Positions 55,563 to 61,121 of a stretch of DNA of 61,121 nt are shown here, one piece after another (position 1 is the stretch's first letter; each line of letters opens with the position of its first letter). The stretch spans positions 1 through 61,121 of the forward strand of contig JAGVLW010000013.1 of the NCBI GenBank assembly GCA_020054105.1, written 5' to 3'. The notes under the pieces are model-generated. The model was not told the DNA's origin. It did not search any database and saw nothing but the letters and a program-made list of their open reading frames with translations. This stretch comes from Alphaproteobacteria bacterium (GTDB lineage Bacteria > Pseudomonadota > Alphaproteobacteria > Rickettsiales > SXRF01). A program made the position numbers and the translations under genes.

Positions 55563-57224
55563 TTACAACCGGCCTTCCAGCCTTGCCTCTTCGGCGAGCT
55601 TTTCTATTTCTTCCGGCGATAAATTGGCATTGCGCACGCCGTCATGGCCGGGCAGCCAGATAAGCTGCAACCGGCGCGGGTCGCGCGCGAACACGCGCTC
55701 TTCCGATACCATGCCCAGATTGGGCGGGATGTTATTTTTGGCCAACCCGGCGATGGTGTAAGGCCCGTCGCGGAACATGCCGATGATAACGCGCGGGCGG
55801 TCGACGAACACCTGCGATCCGCGCAGCATGTCGAGCACCTCGGCGGCAGAAGTAGGGTGCGCGCCTTTTTGCAAATGATGCACGACGACGACTGCGGTGT
55901 TTTTCGAGATGGCGAATTCCTCGACCGTTTCGAAGAAATCGTTGACGGCGTTGGAATCTTCCTCGCCGCCGCTTAAATATTTGCGCGCCGGGTCGATGAC
56001 CATGATCGGTATGTCGGGAATCCGATGCAGGCGTTCCAGATGTTTGCGAAACGCTATGCCATCGCCGAAATCGGTGCGCTGGAACATCAGGCGGCGCGCG
56101 CGGCCTTTCGGGTCGAAGATCGAGGCGCGTGCATTGATGATCGGCGGACCGTCCTCGCCCGAGAAATAAATGCAGACGCCTTTGCATTTTTCGATGGCAA
56201 CACGCTGCCCGAGCCAGCGCGGCGCTTCCTCGCCCGGCTCGTAATCGGTGGCGGCGAGCACGCAAAGCTGGTGCGCCAGGCTGCTTTTGCCGGAGCCGCC
56301 GGTTCCGGCCAGCAGCGTGACGCTGCCGCGCGGCACCAGGCCCGGCACGATGAATTCGAACATCTCGTCGGCGTCCTTGCGCATCGGGCCGGTGGCGTCG
56401 AACAGCTCGATGTCTCGGGCGACCAGGGTGAAAAATCCCATATTGTTCGGCACGTCTTCCGGGTCGGTGCCGAATTTCTGGTAAAGCGAATGGTGATGTT
56501 CGTAGGCTTTCCAGCAATAGGCAGCATCGAGGATTTTCTGCACATTGACGGCGGATTCCTGGGCGATCTTGTCCATGTCGGCGGTCTCGCTCAGCACGCC
56601 TTTCGGGAAAAGCTCGGCGATGTCGTCGTGATGGAACAAGCCGTTATTGCTGAGATAGGTGATGCCGGACAGCAGGTAAAATTGCGCATATTGCGGGCTA
56701 TTGATGTAGGCGAGCTCGTACAGCTCGCGGCAACCGGTGATGGTTTTACCGTCCGCAGCCACAGGCTGCGCCTGATCGCAGATGGCGATGATTTTAAGCC
56801 CCGCTTGGTTGTTCTCGCCGCGATAGAACGTGCTGGCCAGCCCGCCCAGCTCCCAGATGCGCTCGGCGGAATTCTTGTTCAGAACTTCAACGCCCAGGCA
56901 TAAAGACGTCGCCCAGATAATGCCGGAGCCCAGCGGCGTATAGCTGCCGTCGTCGTTTTTGCGGTGCACGACCGGGTTGAGCAGCAGCGACGTGTTGGGA
57001 AGCATCCCGCGATTGAAGTGATGCAGCACGAGCTGCACGGCTTCCTGCGTATTTTCCGGCGAAAACCAAAAAGCGATGCCCGGCTCGCGCGAGCGAAACG
57101 GCACCTGCTCCGGCAGCGAATAAAGGCACATATAGCCTTCAAGCCCCGCCGACCGGTGCGCCGCCCACAGCAGCGCCAGCTCGGCCTGGAGCACTTTATG
57201 GATGCTATCGACGGGGATGTTCAT
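55563..57224 (-). CDS. AAA_25/RepA-DnaB-like (SF4-type) helicase domain fused to an unrecognised N-terminal domain
   Basis: GLVPRGSVTLLAGTGGSGKS (Walker A), YFSGED, MVIDP (Walker B), VVVHHLQK and RGSQ. Confidence 0.8.
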   Translation of the reverse strand: MNIPVDSIHKVLQAELALLWAAHRSAGLEGYMCLYSLPEQVPFRSREPGIAFWFSPENTQEAVQLVLHHFNRGMLPNTSLLLNPVVHRKNDDGSYTPLGSGIIWATSLCLGVEVLNKNSAERIWELGGLASTFYRGENNQAGLKIIAICDQAQPVAADGKTITGCRELYELAYINSPQYAQFYLLSGITYLSNNGLFHHDDIAELFPKGVLSETADMDKIAQESAVNVQKILDAAYCWKAYEHHHSLYQKFGTDPEDVPNNMGFFTLVARDIELFDATGPMRKDADEMFEFIVPGLVPRGSVTLLAGTGGSGKSSLAHQLCVLAATDYEPGEEAPRWLGQRVAIEKCKGVCIYFSGEDGPPIINARASIFDPKGRARRLMFQRTDFGDGIAFRKHLERLHRIPDIPIMVIDPARKYLSGGEEDSNAVNDFFETVEEFAISKNTAVVVVHHLQKGAHPTSAAEVLDMLRGSQVFVDRPRVIIGMFRDGPYTIAGLAKNNIPPNLGMVSEERVFARDPRRLQLIWLPGHDGVRNANLSPEEIEKLAEEARLEGRL

Positions 57225-57312
57225 GGAATTCGGTCATTATGCTTGTTGCAACAAACGATAGGCAGTAAGGTAAACTGTAGATTATTTATACATTTCTACC
57301 GGTTAAAATATC

Positions 57313-60234
57313 ATGAATTCAGCCCTACAGTGTACAACAATCGCCGCCGGGCAGAATTTTGCGCAGCTGCTGGCCCAGTGGTTAATTGCGCGCTACGGGC
57401 AGGATAAGGCGCAATTTGTTAATACACTGATATTGCTGCCTAATCGCCGCGCCTGCCGGACCTTGCGCGAGGCATTTTTGCGGCAAAATAACGGCATGCC
57501 GATGCTGCTTCCGCGCATCAGCCCGATCGGCGACATGGAAGAAGACCCGCTGACGCTGTGGAATACGGCAAGCGAGCCGCCATTGCCCGCCATTTCTCCG
57601 ATGCGCCGCCATCTGCTGCTGACGCGACTGGTCATGCAGTTCGAACAGCAACAGCCGGGACGTATTTATTCGATGGCGCAGGCCGCCGAGCTCGCGCGGC
57701 AGCTTGCCGATTTTCTCGATGAGGTCGCGCGCCACGGTGCGCATTTTGAAACGCTTTCCGCATTGGCGCCGGAAGCACTCGCCGCACATTGGCAGCAGAC
57801 GGTCGATTTCCTGCGCATCGTTTCCCATCACTGGCCGAAAATTCTAGAAAAGGAGGGCGTGAGCGACCCGGTTGAGCATCGCAATGCCCTACTGCTGGCA
57901 ACCGCGAAAAGCTGGCAAGATACCCCGCCGGGGTATCCCGTCATTGCCGCCGGCTCGACCGGCAGCCAGCCGGCTACCGCCAAATTGCTGGCAACCATCG
58001 CGCGCATGCCATTGGGCATGGTCGTGTTGCCGGGGCTGGATGCGCCTATCGAAGATAAAGCCTGGGAGCTGCTCGAGCCCACCCATCCGCAATACGGAAT
58101 CAAGCAATTGCTGGAAGCTATGCACTGCAAAAGATCGCAGGTAAAACTGCTCGGCGACCACGAAGATGTGCAGCGCGCGCGCGGCGATTGCCTGCGCCGA
58201 ATCTTCGACCCGCCAGCCATGACCGCGCATTGGTCAACGGCCAACGCACCGCTGGCGGAAGGGTTTCGCGATATCAGAATGGCAACCGCCGATACGCTGC
58301 TGGCGGAGGCGCGCGTCATCGCGATTGCCATGCGCGAGGCGCTGGAAACGCCTGGAAAAACGGCATCGCTGGTCACGCCCGACCGCAGCCTGGCGCGCAT
58401 GGTGACAGCGCAAATGCAACGCTTCGGCATCGCCATCGACGATTCCGCCGGCATGCCGCTTTCGGCAACGCCACCTGCGATATTCCTGCGGCTTGCCGTC
58501 GAGCTGGCGCAATCCGCCGCGGCGCCCAATGCACTGCTGGCATTGCTGCGTCATCCGCTGGCGGCGGCGGGCGTCGATGCGGCGCAATGCCGCGCGTTTT
58601 CGCGCCTGCTTGATAAGCATCTGCTGCGCGGCATCCGCCATGCCAGCGGCATCGCGCCTTTACGCAAAGCGGCAGCGGGCCATCCGGAGCTGGCAAAATT
58701 TCTGGGCAATCTGCTGCCGCATTACGAAACGTTCGCCCGTTATTTCAGCGATAAAAAACCGGTGGCATTTTCTGAATTGCTGGCTGCGCACATTGCCTTT
58801 GCGCAATATATGGCGTCCACTGCCGCGCAAAACGGCGAGCAATTATTATGGTCGGGACATGCCGGCAACCAGCTGGCGGCGTTCCTCGGCGACATCGCCG
58901 CCCATGCCGATTTGCTGCCGCCGATCGATCCGCTGACCTATCCCGGCCTGCTCGAAACGCTGCTGGCCGGGCAAATCTACCGCCCGGCATTCGGCCAGCA
59001 TCCGCGGCTTTCCATCGTAAGCCCGATGGAGGCGCGCCTGCAGCAATTCGACCTGGTCATACTCGGCAGTCTCAATGAAGGCAGCTGGCCGGGCGCGCCG
59101 GGGGCCGATCCGTGGATGAGCCGGCCGATGCGCGAGGCGTTCGGCCTGCCGGCGCTGGAGCGCGAAATCGGCCAGAGCGCGCATGATTTCCATGTGCTGT
59201 GCCATGCGAAAGAAGTGCTGCTGACGCGTGCGCGTAAGGTCGCCGGAACGCCAACTATTCCCTCGCGCTGGCTGACGCGCCTTACTACATTTGTCGGCGG
59301 TCACGATGCCGGGCTGCTCGCGCGGATGGACGTTTCCGCCGATTATGCGCATGGCGCAAAACTTTTCGATGCGCCGAAAATCATGTCGCCGCTAGCGCCG
59401 CCCGCGCCGACGCCGCCGGTTTCCGCCCGGCCGCGCAACATGCGGGTGACGGCCATCGACACCTGGCTGCGCGATCCGTATATGATTTACGCGCAATATA
59501 TTCTCGGACTGAAAAAACTTGCGCCGCTCGACGAAGATCCCGACGCCGCCGATTTCGGCACGCTGATTCACGCCGCCATCGAATCTTTCGGCAAACGCTG
59601 GCTTGGGCAGCTTCCGCCCGATGCCTATGCGGCGTTGCTCGATTGCGGACGCGAATGTTTCGCCGCTTTCGCCGACCGGCCGGCGGTCGCCTGCCTGTGG
59701 TGGCCGCGCTTCGAGGCCATCGGCACATGGTATATCGAGCAGGAGATGCAGCGCCGCAGTCTATGTTCGCAGGTTTATAGCGAGCGCAAAGGCCGCTGGG
59801 AATTCGCTATCGGCGGCAAGCCGTTTGCGCTGTCGACGCGCATCGACCGGCTGGAAGCGCGCCATGATGGGTCGCTGGTCATCGCCGATTACAAAACCGG
59901 CAGCCTTCCCGAGAAAAAAGACATCGAGCACGGCCTGGCCAATCAATTGGGGCTGGAAGCATTGGTTGCCATGCATGGCGCGCTCAATCCGCCCATACCC
60001 CACGCGGGTACCATAGCGCAGATGGAATATTGGAAGCTTTCGGGCAACCGCGAGCAATACGAGATCGTGCCGATCGTTATGGACTTAGAAGCAACGCGGC
60101 AGCGGCTCGAGGCACTGGTGATGCAATTCGACAACCCCGATCAGCCGTATTTTGCGCAAACCAATGGCAGGATGCTCACGCGCTATAACGACTACGCGCA
60201 TCTGACGCGGCGGCAGGAATGGGAGGAAGTCTAA
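57313..60234 (+). CDS. addB: Double-strand break repair protein AddB
   Basis: LILLPNRRACR, AGSTGSQPAT, LEARL, PWMSRPMR, RDPY..YA, and nuclease RIDRL...IADYKTG. Confidence 0.95.
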   Translation: MNSALQCTTIAAGQNFAQLLAQWLIARYGQDKAQFVNTLILLPNRRACRTLREAFLRQNNGMPMLLPRISPIGDMEEDPLTLWNTASEPPLPAISPMRRHLLLTRLVMQFEQQQPGRIYSMAQAAELARQLADFLDEVARHGAHFETLSALAPEALAAHWQQTVDFLRIVSHHWPKILEKEGVSDPVEHRNALLLATAKSWQDTPPGYPVIAAGSTGSQPATAKLLATIARMPLGMVVLPGLDAPIEDKAWELLEPTHPQYGIKQLLEAMHCKRSQVKLLGDHEDVQRARGDCLRRIFDPPAMTAHWSTANAPLAEGFRDIRMATADTLLAEARVIAIAMREALETPGKTASLVTPDRSLARMVTAQMQRFGIAIDDSAGMPLSATPPAIFLRLAVELAQSAAAPNALLALLRHPLAAAGVDAAQCRAFSRLLDKHLLRGIRHASGIAPLRKAAAGHPELAKFLGNLLPHYETFARYFSDKKPVAFSELLAAHIAFAQYMASTAAQNGEQLLWSGHAGNQLAAFLGDIAAHADLLPPIDPLTYPGLLETLLAGQIYRPAFGQHPRLSIVSPMEARLQQFDLVILGSLNEGSWPGAPGADPWMSRPMREAFGLPALEREIGQSAHDFHVLCHAKEVLLTRARKVAGTPTIPSRWLTRLTTFVGGHDAGLLARMDVSADYAHGAKLFDAPKIMSPLAPPAPTPPVSARPRNMRVTAIDTWLRDPYMIYAQYILGLKKLAPLDEDPDAADFGTLIHAAIESFGKRWLGQLPPDAYAALLDCGRECFAAFADRPAVACLWWPRFEAIGTWYIEQEMQRRSLCSQVYSERKGRWEFAIGGKPFALSTRIDRLEARHDGSLVIADYKTGSLPEKKDIEHGLANQLGLEALVAMHGALNPPIPHAGTIAQMEYWKLSGNREQYEIVPIVMDLEATRQRLEALVMQFDNPDQPYFAQTNGRMLTRYNDYAHLTRRQEWEEV

Positions 60235-60662
60235 TGAACGGATTTTTTCATCTGCTCGTCGAGGCGCATCACGCGCTCATAGAGCTCAAAGCTGCGGTCG
60301 AGCAGGAAGCATACATAGCTGGGCAGCACGCCGCGCAGCATGCGGTTATCGACCATGCAGATATCGCGGAAATCGAGGCCGTAGCGGCTGGCGGCTTCTT
60401 CGCTGGCGATCTTGCCGGAGAACACCGCGCGCTGCACCATGATCCATGCCATGATCGACGACAAGCGCAAGGTGATGCGCGACATCTCGCAGGAATAAAG
60501 CGTTTTAAGGTCGGCGTTGATGCGTGCCTGGTCGTCTTCGCCGAACAGGTAAAAATATTCGTGCGCGTCTTTGAGCAGCTGCATAGTCTCGTTGAACAGT
60601 CCCGGCATGAACAGGACGTTCGGCGCGGTGCCGGTCGTGTGGGTTTGTATTTGCATCGTCAT
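60231..60662 (-). CDS. rcdA: DUF1465 protein, regulator of CtrA degradation RcdA-like
   Basis: FNETMQLL.DA..YF, YSCEMSRITLRLSSIMAW..QRAV.SG and LYERVMRLD match the RcdA three-helix bundle. Confidence 0.8.
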   Translation of the reverse strand: MTMQIQTHTTGTAPNVLFMPGLFNETMQLLKDAHEYFYLFGEDDQARINADLKTLYSCEMSRITLRLSSIMAWIMVQRAVFSGKIASEEAASRYGLDFRDICMVDNRMLRGVLPSYVCFLLDRSFELYERVMRLDEQMKKSVH

Positions 60663-60734
60663 ACACCTATTTTACCGCAGATTTCCTTGATTTTACATTA
60701 ATCTTTTATGAAGGTTTCGATAAAAAACCCTGAA

Positions 60735-61121
60735 ATGAGCGCACAAAACGCACCTCCTTTATATGCTGCGTTCAACCCGCAAGCGTCGGTGTTCGTGTCG
60801 GCGAATGCCGGGGCGGGAAAAACCAATCTGCTTACAAATCGGGTGCTTAGCCTGCTTTTGCATGGCGTGCCGCCGGCAAAAATCCTCTGCCTGACCTTCA
60901 CCAACGCTGCCAGCGCCGAAATGCAAAGCCGCCTATTGCGCGAGCTTGGGCGCTGGGTGATGGCCGATGCGGCATCGCTGCAACATACCCTGGGGGGGCT
61001 TATCGGGCATACCCCCGATGCCAGGCTGATGAGCCGCGCGCGCAGCCTGTTTGCCGAGGTGCTCGATGCGCCGGAAGGCGTGCGCATACAAACCATCCAC
61101 GGGCTCAGCCAATCGCTTTTG
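60735..61121 (+). CDS. addA: Double-strand break repair helicase AddA (5' partial; runs off the window)
   Basis: SVFVSANAGAGKT, RVLSLLL.G, ILCLTFTNAASAEM and RIQTIHG. Confidence 0.92.
   Translation, partial: MSAQNAPPLYAAFNPQASVFVSANAGAGKTNLLTNRVLSLLLHGVPPAKILCLTFTNAASAEMQSRLLRELGRWVMADAASLQHTLGGLIGHTPDARLMSRARSLFAEVLDAPEGVRIQTIHGLSQSLL

Noticed and set aside
48232-57224. Conjugative element or integrated plasmid (T4SS plus RepA-like helicase)
   Set aside because: No relaxase, coupling protein, integrase, att repeats or compositional shift. Gene order matches the chromosomal Rickettsiales vir cluster.
60698-61096. 132-aa minus-strand ORF
   Set aside because: It is antisense to the addA 5' end, which has clear helicase motifs.

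Overview
Chromosomal window from a GC-rich, non-reduced alphaproteobacterium. The gene set points to a Rickettsiales-like (possibly basal or free-living) lineage: a virB3-virB4-(virB6)x3-virB7 cluster of the Rickettsiales rvh type, a complete ISC operon with two tandem cysteine desulfurases, secD without an adjacent secF, and a tRNA-His gene encoding G-1:C73. From left to right the window holds an AT-rich type II restriction-modification pair, a DUF192-DUF192-EVE operon, an orphan WG-repeat protein, SDR/ccmC/fdxA/carD, uvrA/ssb, cysE-iscR-iscS-iscS-iscU-iscA-hscB-hscA-fdx, pepF, gyrA-coaD, tRNA-His, queF, ugd-galU, rpmG-yajC-secD, sodB, rpsU, dadA, the T4SS genes, a RepA/DnaB-like helicase fusion, addB, rcdA and the 5' end of addA. 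The most striking unexplained structure is a family of palindromic elements, each built from about 4 tandem 7- or 8-mers, a loop, and about 4 inverted units. They bracket promoters and gene boundaries between genes, and one is triplicated as a 98-bp unit. Two copies sit in frame, in the same reading frame, inside two unrelated proteins (UvrA and a cysteine desulfurase), giving the shared peptide VTGxxKQDT...VTxNxLPVT. Several single orphan genes with basic C-termini interrupt conserved operons and are candidate T4SS substrates. All calls come from reading the sequence and translations by eye; no database searches were run.
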